This document shows positions 26,204 through 34,546 of a stretch of 48,960 nucleotides of DNA, in pieces. The notes below the pieces were generated by a model. The model ran no database searches. It was not told the DNA's origin and was given only the letters and a program-made list of their open reading frames with translations. Position 1 is the first letter of the stretch. Each line of letters opens with the position of its first letter. The stretch comes from Verrucomicrobiota bacterium (GTDB lineage: Bacteria; Verrucomicrobiota; Kiritimatiellia; RFP12; UBA1067), in the NCBI GenBank assembly GCA_016280825.1, contig JAEEHL010000168.1, forward strand, positions 1 to 48,960, written 5' to 3'. Position numbers and translations under genes: made by a program.

Positions 26204-26371
26204 ATGGTTCAAATCCAGTTCAGTGTCAGCGAGAGGTTGCTGGCGCACAGGGCGAAAGTCAGGGCGCAGGCGGCGGCTCGCTTGGCAGACCGCGACGCGT
26301 GGCTGAAGCGGATGGAAGCCCTCAATCACGGCAAACTCAAAACATACCCCGCTATTAACGAACGCGGGTAA
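26204..26371 (+). CDS. small hypothetical early protein
   Basis: ATG 26204 lies 5 nt after GGAGG, and ATG 26189 is an alternative. The track start 26105 lies upstream of the predicted transcription start. Confidence 0.5.
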   Translation: MVQIQFSVSERLLAHRAKVRAQAAARLADRDAWLKRMEALNHGKLKTYPAINERG

Positions 26372-26391
26372 AAAAGAAAGGAAACAAAGCG

Positions 26392-27372
26392 ATGAAGGCA
26401 ATGCAGAAAAACGACAGGTGCTACTCGACACTGAACGGCGGGAATAATCCGTTCAACTTCGACGGCGCACCGCGCACGGAACTCTCGGTGGAAATGGCTC
26501 GCTCCGCCGTGGACTTCGAGATACAGAAGAAGCCGTGCTTTGACGCGGGCGGGCGGCTTGTTAACGGGCTGTTCCACCTAACGAAGGACGACGACAACTC
26601 AATCGTCCCGTCGGCTGGCGTCGGGATAAAGTTCAAGCCCATACAGCACCGCGACGTGTTCGACAAGGTAATGGAGGAGATTATTCCGCAGTTCCCCGAC
26701 ATGACGCTGGAGACGGCGGGTACGCTGTACGGCGGCGGCATCGGCCTGTTCACCTTCCGCGTGGGCGACCTGTTCCATGTCAAGGGCGACAAGTCGCCGA
26801 ACGAAATGCGCCTGTTCATCAGCAACCCCTGCACGGGTTCGGGTTCGCTCGTCATGGGCTTCACGACCGTCCGCCTGTTCTGCCAGAATCAGATTGCGGC
26901 GGCTCGTCGCGGGGCGGCGAAGGACGGATACCGCATTCAGCACTCGAAGAACGGCGAAATGTACATGGGCGACGCCGTGAGGGAAATCGGGATTCAGGTC
27001 GCGGCGGCGAAGGAAATCAAGTTGCGCTCCGAGAGGCTTGCGTCCCTCGGCGTTGGCAAGGCGGCTTTGGAGAAGTGCCTTGACCTTATCTACCCGTTCG
27101 GGAAGTTGGAGGAGGGTTCCGCTGGTCACACGCGGATGCTGAAACTCCGCGAGGAGGTTGTCAATCAGTTCGAGAGCGGGGCTACGGCGCAGACGATGGA
27201 GGGCAAGACTGGCTGGACGCTGTTTAACTCGTTCACCTATCCCGTCTTCAACCCCGAACGGCTGAACGAAAAGACCGACCTCGCCAACATCCAGTACGAC
27301 TCGATGATGTGGAGCAAGGCGGAGAAGGTTCGCCGTATGCTCACGGCGGTAGAGTCCGTAGTGGCGGCGTAA
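26392..27372 (+). CDS. DUF932-family protein (phage/plasmid-like)
   Basis: 326 aa. The pattern RLFISNPCTGSGSLVMGFTTVRLFCQNQI and the overall length resemble DUF932/TIGR03299 proteins. Confidence 0.6.
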   Translation: MKAMQKNDRCYSTLNGGNNPFNFDGAPRTELSVEMARSAVDFEIQKKPCFDAGGRLVNGLFHLTKDDDNSIVPSAGVGIKFKPIQHRDVFDKVMEEIIPQFPDMTLETAGTLYGGGIGLFTFRVGDLFHVKGDKSPNEMRLFISNPCTGSGSLVMGFTTVRLFCQNQIAAARRGAAKDGYRIQHSKNGEMYMGDAVREIGIQVAAAKEIKLRSERLASLGVGKAALEKCLDLIYPFGKLEEGSAGHTRMLKLREEVVNQFESGATAQTMEGKTGWTLFNSFTYPVFNPERLNEKTDLANIQYDSMMWSKAEKVRRMLTAVESVVAA

Positions 27373-27440
27373 TGCGCAGGGGGGCGGGGCAACCCCCGCC
27401 CTCCTTTCCAAGGCAATCCAAGAGAGAACTGGAGGCTGAT

Positions 27441-28247
27441 ATGGAAGACAGGCAGGACGAGGTCATTGAGAAGATAAAGAAGGCCATGAGGCTCGCTCGC
27501 AAGGCGGGAACGGACGGCGAACGGGCGGCGGCGGAAGCGGCGGCGAAACGCCTTGCCGACGCACACGGCATTTCGCTTGAGTCCGTGGAGTACACGGAAC
27601 ACGACGCGAAGGCTGTCCGCGTGGACGGCGGGGAGGCGAAGTGGACGCGGACGGGCAAGGAGTGCCACTACGCTGGAATAATACTCCGCAAGCACTTCGG
27701 CGTCATCGTAATCCAGCACTTCAGGCGTGGCAACCGCAAAATGAAACTGGACTTCATCGGTAGCCGCCTGAACATCGCCATCGCGGAGTATGTCTACGAG
27801 ATTCTGTGGCGCGAGAGCCTTCGGGCGTGGTGCGAGGCGCATAAGGCTGTCGTCAAGGAGTACGACGCAATCATGGAGGCGAACGGCGTAGAGCATCGGC
27901 GCGACTGGGCTGGGCGGCGTCAGCGACCCGTCCTGCTGAAGAAGGACTCCTTCATGTGCGGCTGGTTCGCCCGTATCGACGAGAAGTTGACTGCGCACCC
28001 GCTCCGAAACGACATGGCGCAACTGGAGGCGGAGAAGAAGGCGGCTGAAGACCTGCTGAAGCGTCAGCAGGGCGTGACGAACAGGAACATCCGCCGCGAC
28101 AGTTCCGACGCGGAGAGCGCGGCGAAGGGCTACGCCGAGGCCGACAAGGTAAATCTCTCCCGCCCGTGCGAGGGCAGGGGGCGTTCCCCGCTTCAGGTGG
28201 GCGGCGGCGCAAGCCCGTTCGCGCTTGCGGACAGGAGGGCGTCGTGA
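27441..28247 (+). CDS. DUF2786-domain protein
   Basis: The N-terminus VIEKIKKAMRLARKAGTDGERAAAEAAAKRLADAHGISLESVE is typical of DUF2786. SD ggagg precedes the start. Confidence 0.7.
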   Translation: MEDRQDEVIEKIKKAMRLARKAGTDGERAAAEAAAKRLADAHGISLESVEYTEHDAKAVRVDGGEAKWTRTGKECHYAGIILRKHFGVIVIQHFRRGNRKMKLDFIGSRLNIAIAEYVYEILWRESLRAWCEAHKAVVKEYDAIMEANGVEHRRDWAGRRQRPVLLKKDSFMCGWFARIDEKLTAHPLRNDMAQLEAEKKAAEDLLKRQQGVTNRNIRRDSSDAESAAKGYAEADKVNLSRPCEGRGRSPLQVGGGASPFALADRRAS

Positions 28248-28282
28248 GCGAGGCAGTCAAGCCAGAAGCGGCAGGAGGGATT

Positions 28283-28663
28283 ATGAACAAAACAATCAGA
28301 CCCGACCTCTGTATCAAGCCCGACCTCGTGCTGAATATGAAGTACGAGTGGCTGGCGAAGGTCTGGAACGGCGAGAAGACCGTGGAATACCGCGAGCGGA
28401 AGCCGTACTGGGACAGGCGCATCGGCGGCTGGGTGGGACAGCGGGGGAAATTCGTGCTGATGGTCTGGGGCTATCGGCGCGACACCCCCGCCGTCCTTCT
28501 TCAGGTCGATAGAACTGACATAGGCAAATGCCCCTACAAGGGGTGGACTGGAGAATACTACCGCCTCCACTTCGCCGTCGTGGGGCGTTATCAGAAGTAT
28601 GGAGATTTGCTTGCGCCGATGGACGGCTCGGTGCGCATGGAAGAAAGGAGCAACAAACGATGA
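28283..28663 (+). CDS. ASCH domain protein
   Basis: SD aggaggg. LNMKYEWLAKVWNGEKTVEYRERKPYW resembles an ASCH N-terminal strand. Confidence 0.6.
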   Translation: MNKTIRPDLCIKPDLVLNMKYEWLAKVWNGEKTVEYRERKPYWDRRIGGWVGQRGKFVLMVWGYRRDTPAVLLQVDRTDIGKCPYKGWTGEYYRLHFAVVGRYQKYGDLLAPMDGSVRMEERSNKR

Positions 28664-29022
28664 ACACAAAGATGAAAGTGGTCGTAGACGGGAACTTCCT
28701 GAACTACGGCGGCACAATCCTGAACAGGGCGGAGGTCGCGGAGGCCGACACGCTGAACGGGATGGTGATTATGAGGAGCGGACATCAGTATTTTCTGGAG
28801 CCGAACGCGCTGTGCGCTTGGTTCTCCGATACGATGGACTACTCGAAGCCGCCCGTCGGAAAGGGCGGCAAGCCCGATGAACGGGCGATACGCGAGGTCG
28901 TGGAGTGCGCGGCTCGCGTGATAATGCCGCCGTCCGACAGCACGGACGGGGCGTGGCTGGAATGGGCGCGTAGCCTTCAGGCGAAGGCTCGCCGTGCGCT
29001 TGGAATGGAGGTGCGCGAATGA
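28660..29022 (+). CDS. hypothetical protein
   Basis: ATGA coupling, 120 aa. Confidence 0.6.
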   Translation: MNTKMKVVVDGNFLNYGGTILNRAEVAEADTLNGMVIMRSGHQYFLEPNALCAWFSDTMDYSKPPVGKGGKPDERAIREVVECAARVIMPPSDSTDGAWLEWARSLQAKARRALGMEVRE

Positions 29023-29240
29023 AAAAGCAAGATGCAATGAGCCGCGCAGAGGCGGCGTATATTCTTCTGCAAATGGCAGGGGGAGAGATATCGGTCAAGC
29101 AGTGTGAAGCATTGCAAACGGCGGTGCGCAACCTTGTGAAGCGGCATTTTGACTGCAAGAAGAATAAGGCAAGATGGAAGGATAAGGCAATAAATAAGAT
29201 GCACTTAGACGGGGCGGCAAACAAGGAGGACGGCAAATGA
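29019..29240 (+). CDS. hypothetical protein
   Basis: ATGA coupling, 73 aa, lower GC than its neighbours. Confidence 0.55.
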   Translation: MKKQDAMSRAEAAYILLQMAGGEISVKQCEALQTAVRNLVKRHFDCKKNKARWKDKAINKMHLDGAANKEDGK

Positions 29241-30016
29241 AACTGCCATACGACGCAATACAGTGGGATAGGGCGAAATACTGGGATAAGGCATGGAATC
29301 CATGGCTTGGCTGTCACCCGTGTTCACCCGCTTGCGAGCATTGCTACGCGGCGGCGCAGACGGCTCGGTTTAACGGCTCGTTCGAGCCGCACCAGACGAC
29401 GAAGCGGAATCCGCCGCGAAGGGGAGTTGTCTTCTGCGGCAATATGACCGACCTCTTCGGCGAATGGCTGGAGCCTGTCGATTCGATGGGGTTCTTCAGC
29501 CGCCTGTGGCACTTCACGCGGGACGGCTCGCCGTTCCCGAACGAGGCGACGTACCTCTTCCTGACGAAGCGCGTTTCGCGCATGGCTGACGCCCTGCGGA
29601 ACTACACGGAAATCCGCAACGCGCTGTTCGGCTTCACGGCGGAGAACCAGACGTGGTACGACCGCCGCCTGAAGGACATGGAGGAGATTGCGCTCCGCCG
29701 CCGCTGGTGGATTTCGTGCGAGCCGTTGCTCGGCTCAATCGACCTCCAACTCGACTTGCTCTCCGTCCCGAAGCCCGAATGGGTCGTCGTGGGGTGCGAG
29801 AGCGGGACGGAGCGACGCCCGTGTCCGCTGTGCTTTGTGGAGGGCATAGTGGAGCAGTGCGTGAACAACGGCGTCAAGGTATTTGTGAAGCAACTCGACA
29901 TCGGCGGCGTCTGCGAACGGGACATAGCGAAGTTCCCGCCGAGCCTGCGCATCAGGCAGACGCCGTGGGCGGACAGGGTTCTTCCGCTCGACTTGCCGAA
30001 GGGAGGTGCGCTATGA
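29237..30016 (+). CDS. phage Gp37/Gp68 family protein (DUF5131)
   Basis: N-terminal signature WNPWLGCHPCSPACEHCYAA, plus the downstream CGNMTDLFGEW block. Confidence 0.8.
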   Translation: MKLPYDAIQWDRAKYWDKAWNPWLGCHPCSPACEHCYAAAQTARFNGSFEPHQTTKRNPPRRGVVFCGNMTDLFGEWLEPVDSMGFFSRLWHFTRDGSPFPNEATYLFLTKRVSRMADALRNYTEIRNALFGFTAENQTWYDRRLKDMEEIALRRRWWISCEPLLGSIDLQLDLLSVPKPEWVVVGCESGTERRPCPLCFVEGIVEQCVNNGVKVFVKQLDIGGVCERDIAKFPPSLRIRQTPWADRVLPLDLPKGGAL

Positions 30017-30270
30017 CGGCACGGGTGAAGACGCTCTGCGTCGAAAACGCCACAGGCTACCCCGCGTTCTCGTACCTCGTCGAGATAGAGGGGGTCGGGC
30101 GCGGCTTGTTTGCCGCCGCGTCTGCGGAGGAGGCGCAGGAACTGGCGACGCGCATCAACGAATACCCGCTCGCGCTCGCCGCCATAGGCAGGGCGCAGGA
30201 GGTGTCCGCTCGCCTGAAGAAGCGACTGCGCAGGTTGCGGCAGGAGCAGAAGAAGGGAGGCGCGGCATGA
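30013..30270 (+). CDS. hypothetical protein
   Basis: ATGA coupling, 85 aa. Confidence 0.55.
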   Translation: MTARVKTLCVENATGYPAFSYLVEIEGVGRGLFAAASAEEAQELATRINEYPLALAAIGRAQEVSARLKKRLRRLRQEQKKGGAA

Positions 30271-30638
30271 GCGCGGCGACACTTTTCGGCGTGGCTGTCG
30301 GGCAACTCTTCGCGGCGATTGCCGCCGTGGAGAGCGAGGGCGGACGGACGAGCGACAATGTGTACCAACTCCAGCGGGTCTACCTCGACGACGCGGGGCG
30401 CATCGGCGGATGCCACTACCCCGACGCCGTGGCTACCGACCGCACGGCGAGCGAGCGGGTCATGCTCGCGTATTGGAGGCACTACGGCGAGAGGTATCGC
30501 CGCCTGACGGGGAACGAGCCGACGGCGGAGGTGCTGGCGCGTATTCACAACGGAGGGCCAGACGGGTGGAAGAAGTCTTCCACAGACGGCTACTGGCGAA
30601 AGGTAAAGTCGGCTATGGAAAGGAGCAAGAGGAAATGA
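30267..30638 (+). CDS. lysozyme-like / transglycosylase (SLT-like) protein candidate
   Basis: AAIAAVESEGG (catalytic Glu-Ser context) and a later RIHNGGPDGW block. 123 aa. Confidence 0.45.
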   Translation: MSAATLFGVAVGQLFAAIAAVESEGGRTSDNVYQLQRVYLDDAGRIGGCHYPDAVATDRTASERVMLAYWRHYGERYRRLTGNEPTAEVLARIHNGGPDGWKKSSTDGYWRKVKSAMERSKRK

Positions 30639-30868
30639 AACTTTTCCTATTGGTAATATCCTCCCTAATTATCGCGTCCATTGTCACGATTGCGACCGTA
30701 GAAACCGAACAGGGCGCGGAGGAATCGGCGCATAAATCGTTCTGGGACACCAGCGAAGTGAGGGTCGTGACCGTCAAGGGACACGAGTACATCATCGTGA
30801 ACGGGAGCAACAGGGGCGGCATCGTTCATAGCGAGAGTTGCCCGTGCAAGAACGGAGGTGCGAGGTGA
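30635..30868 (+). CDS. small membrane-anchored protein
   Basis: ATGA coupling. N-terminus MKLFLLVISSLIIASIVTIATV. Confidence 0.55.
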   Translation: MKLFLLVISSLIIASIVTIATVETEQGAEESAHKSFWDTSEVRVVTVKGHEYIIVNGSNRGGIVHSESCPCKNGGAR

Positions 30869-31463
30869 ACATTGAAGCGGCGAAGGCCGTTCTGGACGAA
30901 ATGGAGGGCGTCAGCGGCGATATGTACGACGGGTCGCTCACCATGCATGAAGACACCTTTCACGACTACGCGAGGCGCTGGAGGAGGAGGAGCCTCGGCG
31001 GGACGCTGAAACGAGAACCCCTGAGGAGGCGTTGCGCGAGGTGCGCGACAGGCTGTCGTACTTCTGCGCACGGCTGGACGGCAAGTACGACCCGCCGTGG
31101 GCAAAGGAACTCGTCGGCATAATCGACGACGCGCTGTCGCAGGACGCGCCTACGCCAGTCAACATGGCGGAGTGCCGCAGTGCATTGAAGGCGATAGCGG
31201 ACAGCGCAAGGACTGGTAGCGTCAGCACCCTGCCGTCTGCGGCTCTCGTTCTGAAGACCTGCGAAAAGGCTCTCGCCGCTCCCGCTCGCAACTGCGACCT
31301 CTACGCGGACAAGGTGAAGGCGAGAACGGCTTTTCTCTCGGAAAAGTGCGAAGACCCCTGCGGCAACTGCACGGTATTCAGCGGCAGTGACGCTCTGTGT
31401 CATCCGTGCGGCATAGACTGGCTGTTCGCAATCTCCAAGAAGGGAGCGACCGATGGCAAGTAA
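30865..31463 (+). CDS. Cys-rich paralog A with an apparent -1 frame change near 30970
   Basis: The frame from GTG 30865 looks coding as far as ..TFHDYA. The -1 frame (open from 30951) then reads EALEEEEPRRD...ARNCDLYAD...C..C...C..C..W. The track ORF 31032..31463 is the minimal version. Confidence 0.45.
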
Positions 31464-31755
31464 ACAGCGAGAGGCGTTGGTCGCCGTCAAGAAACTGTTT
31501 GACGGGCGCATCATGTTTCAGCCAGCCATAAGAGCCTGTCACAAGCAGGTGAACGAAGCCCTTGCCGAACCCCGCCTAAATTGCGAAGTCGGGACGGTTG
31601 AAGAACAGTTGGAAAGGCACAACAAATACTGCAATTCGCAACCGACGTGCAAGAAGTGTTTGCGGGAGGACGCGGCGTCCACCTGCGTTTTCTGCTATGC
31701 AAAATGGTCGCAAAGACCTTACGAAGAAAGCGAGGCTACCGATGGCGGCAAATAA
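31453..31755 (+). CDS. Cys-rich paralog B
   Basis: 100 aa. ALAEPRLNCEVGTVEEQLERHNKYCNSQPTCKKC...CVFCYAKW. Confidence 0.6.
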   Translation: MASKQREALVAVKKLFDGRIMFQPAIRACHKQVNEALAEPRLNCEVGTVEEQLERHNKYCNSQPTCKKCLREDAASTCVFCYAKWSQRPYEESEATDGGK

Positions 31756-31756
31756 C

Positions 31757-32086
31757 ATGAAGGCGATATGCGACGCGCTAAAGAAGATTGTCGAATTGAC
31801 TACCCCGTGCGAAGGCGTGACTTCAATCGAACTTCAAGTCCAAGCCGAAGCCATTACCGCCCTCTCAATCCCACCACGCGAGTGCGATATGTTCGCGGAC
31901 GAGAAACAGGCGGACGCGCTTCACGCGGCGTTTATCGAACACTGCAACAGGTGCGACTGCCCTATGGGGTGCGACCACCGCAAGAACCCGCGTTTCCTTC
32001 TCGACGGAAACTGCGCTTCAATCCTGAAGTGCTTTGCGCGTTTCGCGCTGTCGAAGGCGACGCCAAAGAAAGGCGGTGCGAAGTGA
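31757..32086 (+). CDS. Cys-rich paralog C
   Basis: ATG 31757 (31742 is an alternative). ALSIPPRECDMFADEKQADALHAAFIEHCNRCDCPMGC. Confidence 0.55.
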   Translation: MKAICDALKKIVELTTPCEGVTSIELQVQAEAITALSIPPRECDMFADEKQADALHAAFIEHCNRCDCPMGCDHRKNPRFLLDGNCASILKCFARFALSKATPKKGGAK

Positions 32087-32820
32087 ATGTCGCATGGTTT
32101 TCGTGCGGCGTATCGTCCGCCGTTTCCTGTTGGCTCGTTCGTGGCGAACTGGACGAAATCCATTACCAGCACATAAACGACCAGCACCCTGATTCCCTGC
32201 GATTCCTTCACGACGTGGAAGTATTGCTCGGTAAGCCGATTGAGATACATCGCTCTCCATACGGCTCGGTCGATGCGGTATGTCGTGCGTTTGGCTTCCT
32301 TAAGGGGGCATACGGCGCACGATGTACGGAAGTATTAAAGAAGCGCGAGCGCAAGAAGTGGGAGCATGAACATCAGGGGCGGCATACATACTTTTGGGGA
32401 CTGGATTGCAACGAGAGACGCCGCGTTGACGGCATACTCCGCGCCATGCCAGACTACGACCACCGCTTTCCGCTGATTGAGCGTAGCATGACAAAGCAGG
32501 ACGCGCACGAACTCGCCGCACGACTGGGGCTGAAACGACCTGCCATGTATGATATGGGGTACGAGAACAATAATTGCATCGGCTGTCTAAAGGGCGGCAT
32601 CGGCTACTGGAACAAAATCCGCAAGGACTTTCCAGAGGTGTTTGCGGCAAGGGCGAAACTCGAACGGGACTTGGGTCGCTTTATTCTAAAAGACGCAGAC
32701 GGCAATCCGTTATGGCTCGATGAACTTGCGGAATATAGAGGGCGAACCCCGAAGGCAATTCCGAATATGGAGTGCGGGATTATGTGTGAAATAGCAGTCA
32801 ACGAAGGCGGTGCGTCGTGA
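32083..32820 (+). CDS. PP-loop ATPase / PAPS reductase-like protein
   Basis: GTGA coupling. N-terminus VNVAWFSCGVSSAV (an SGGxDS-like PP-loop) and C-terminal NNCIGCLKGGIGYW. 245 aa. Confidence 0.55.
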   Translation: MNVAWFSCGVSSAVSCWLVRGELDEIHYQHINDQHPDSLRFLHDVEVLLGKPIEIHRSPYGSVDAVCRAFGFLKGAYGARCTEVLKKRERKKWEHEHQGRHTYFWGLDCNERRRVDGILRAMPDYDHRFPLIERSMTKQDAHELAARLGLKRPAMYDMGYENNNCIGCLKGGIGYWNKIRKDFPEVFAARAKLERDLGRFILKDADGNPLWLDELAEYRGRTPKAIPNMECGIMCEIAVNEGGAS

Positions 32821-33035
32821 GGAACTACTCTCTGGCGACGCTAAAGAAGCAACTTGAACGCGCCCGTCGCAAGTACAGCGACGAGGTGACGCGCCCTTCG
32901 GTCTTCGACAACTGGGGCGTTTCCATGCGGCGCGCGAAATTGGCGTCCACGACCAAACTCGACCGACTGCGGGAGAGGGTTGGGGAACTGGAACGGCAAA
33001 TCAAGGAACGGGAGGCTACGGGCGATGGGCGGTAG
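32817..33035 (+). CDS. hypothetical coiled-coil protein
   Basis: GTGA coupling, 72 aa. Confidence 0.5.
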   Translation: MRNYSLATLKKQLERARRKYSDEVTRPSVFDNWGVSMRRAKLASTTKLDRLRERVGELERQIKEREATGDGR

Positions 33036-33195
33036 AAAGCGATTCTTCCATCAACTGCGCTACGGGCAGTCGAAGTGCTTTAAGTGCGGACACAAATTCC
33101 GCAAGAACGAAAATAAATACTATATGTACCCGCCACTGCTCGGAGGCGAGCAGGTCTGCGCGGAGTGCAAGGCAAAGGAAAGGGGCGAGAAGTGA
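33025..33195 (+). CDS. small zinc-ribbon protein
   Basis: 56 aa with CFKCGH...CAEC. Confidence 0.5.
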   Translation: MGGRKRFFHQLRYGQSKCFKCGHKFRKNENKYYMYPPLLGGEQVCAECKAKERGEK

Positions 33196-33623
33196 ACATC
33201 AACAAACAAGAGGCTATGGAACTGATGAAGCGCATAGCGAAAGAGGAGGGTCTTGGGCTGACCTTCCTGAAGGCTGACGAGGGACGCGGTGGATATAACT
33301 ACGGCGGCTCCTGCGGCGACCGCATAATGCTCGCCCCGTTTGTGAAGTGCGGGGCGCACGAGAAGATAGACGGGTACAGCGTAGAGCGGGCTTGCGACAA
33401 CCCCGTTGAATGTATGCTCATTTCGTTCTTCCACGAACTTTCGCACTGCAAGATAGCCAACGGGCTGGACGCAGGGAGGAGCGTAATGCAGAACGAGATA
33501 TGGGTTTCCATGACAGGCATATTGCACGCCGAAGCGAAGTACAATCTGGATTTTTCTGATACAGCGGTGAAATGGCTCATCAACGAGAACTTCACATGCG
33601 AAAAGGAAGAAGGTGCGAAATGA
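33192..33623 (+). CDS. putative zinc metallopeptidase-like protein (HExxH)
   Basis: GTGA coupling. The only recognisable motif is FFHELSHC. Confidence 0.45.
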   Translation: MNINKQEAMELMKRIAKEEGLGLTFLKADEGRGGYNYGGSCGDRIMLAPFVKCGAHEKIDGYSVERACDNPVECMLISFFHELSHCKIANGLDAGRSVMQNEIWVSMTGILHAEAKYNLDFSDTAVKWLINENFTCEKEEGAK

Positions 33624-33853
33624 GGATTGACACGGAGACGTTCTACGTCGTCGCCAACATTGGCGGCGGCTATTCGCGCCCGACGTTCGTAAAGGACATC
33701 GGGACAGGCTACACGGACGCATGGGGGAGCGCGGCGGATGCCGAGCAGTTCGAGAGCCGCAAGGAAGCGGCGGCGTTCATCCGCAAGCACTATCCCGACA
33801 GCGGGCAATACCAGCCGATGCGCGTCCGCGTTGATGTGCGGCTGTACAACTGA
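33620..33853 (+). CDS. hypothetical protein
   Basis: ATGA coupling, 77 aa. Confidence 0.55.
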   Translation: MRIDTETFYVVANIGGGYSRPTFVKDIGTGYTDAWGSAADAEQFESRKEAAAFIRKHYPDSGQYQPMRVRVDVRLYN

Positions 33854-33866
33854 AGGGAGCGACGGA

Positions 33867-34139
33867 ATGGAGAAGCGCAATTACATGGTGGTGAAGCGCG
33901 AGTTCGTCGCGCTCGCGGAGAAGTTCAATACCGCTCCGATGTACATAGCGGACTTACTGGGGTTCAGCCCGTACCTGTGCGGGCAATTGCTGGCGAAGCG
34001 CGGCGAGTACAGGGAGGGCGAGAGCCTTGAGGACACGATTATGCGGCTGTACGGGAAGGATATGGTCGAGGAGTGCAGGAGTCTCATCGGCGTATGCCCC
34101 CTTGAGCCGCTGAAGGATAACGGGGAGGATAAACGATGA
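33867..34139 (+). CDS. hypothetical protein (possible HTH)
   Basis: SD gaagggagcgacgga. 90 aa. TAPMYIADLLGFSPYLCGQLL may form a helix-turn-helix. Confidence 0.5.
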   Translation: MEKRNYMVVKREFVALAEKFNTAPMYIADLLGFSPYLCGQLLAKRGEYREGESLEDTIMRLYGKDMVEECRSLIGVCPLEPLKDNGEDKR

Positions 34140-34447
34140 CGATGATTGTATGGACGGCGCAGAATAGGAACGGCGAATTGCTTGCCGAGGGCAATCCGAA
34201 TCCGCACCTGTCGTATTCGTTCTGCTATCCCTACGACCCCGAATACCTGCGGACGACGCGGTGGCTCTTTTGTCGCACGAAGCGGGAAATCGAAGAACAC
34301 ATCCGCAAGTGGCACGACGAATACCGCCGCGCCCTTGCCGCTTACCCCCGCAGTCTTGGGCGCAGGCATTGGCACTGCCGACCCGTGCGCATGGTGGTAT
34401 CGTGGAAGCCCGCGAGCGGACGGGAATTAGCAGATTTCGCAAGTTGA
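34136..34447 (+). CDS. hypothetical protein
   Basis: ATGA coupling, 103 aa. Its stop TGA lies inside the -35 of the next promoter. Confidence 0.55.
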   Translation: MTMIVWTAQNRNGELLAEGNPNPHLSYSFCYPYDPEYLRTTRWLFCRTKREIEEHIRKWHDEYRRALAAYPRSLGRRHWHCRPVRMVVSWKPASGRELADFAS

Positions 34448-34472
34448 CAAACGGGCGAAAATTTGCTATAAT
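34444..34472 (+). promoter_or_regulatory. early/middle promoter TTGACA-N17-TGcTATAAT (full consensus)
   Basis: -35 at 34444-34449 and -10 at 34467-34472. The spacer aacgggcgaaaatttgc matches the promoter family. Confidence 0.75.
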
Positions 34473-34546
34473 TCAAATCAAAGACGGCGGGGAAGGTCGC
34501 GTGTGCGTCCGCCGCGTCGCCAGAATACGAACGAAAGGGTCAACGA

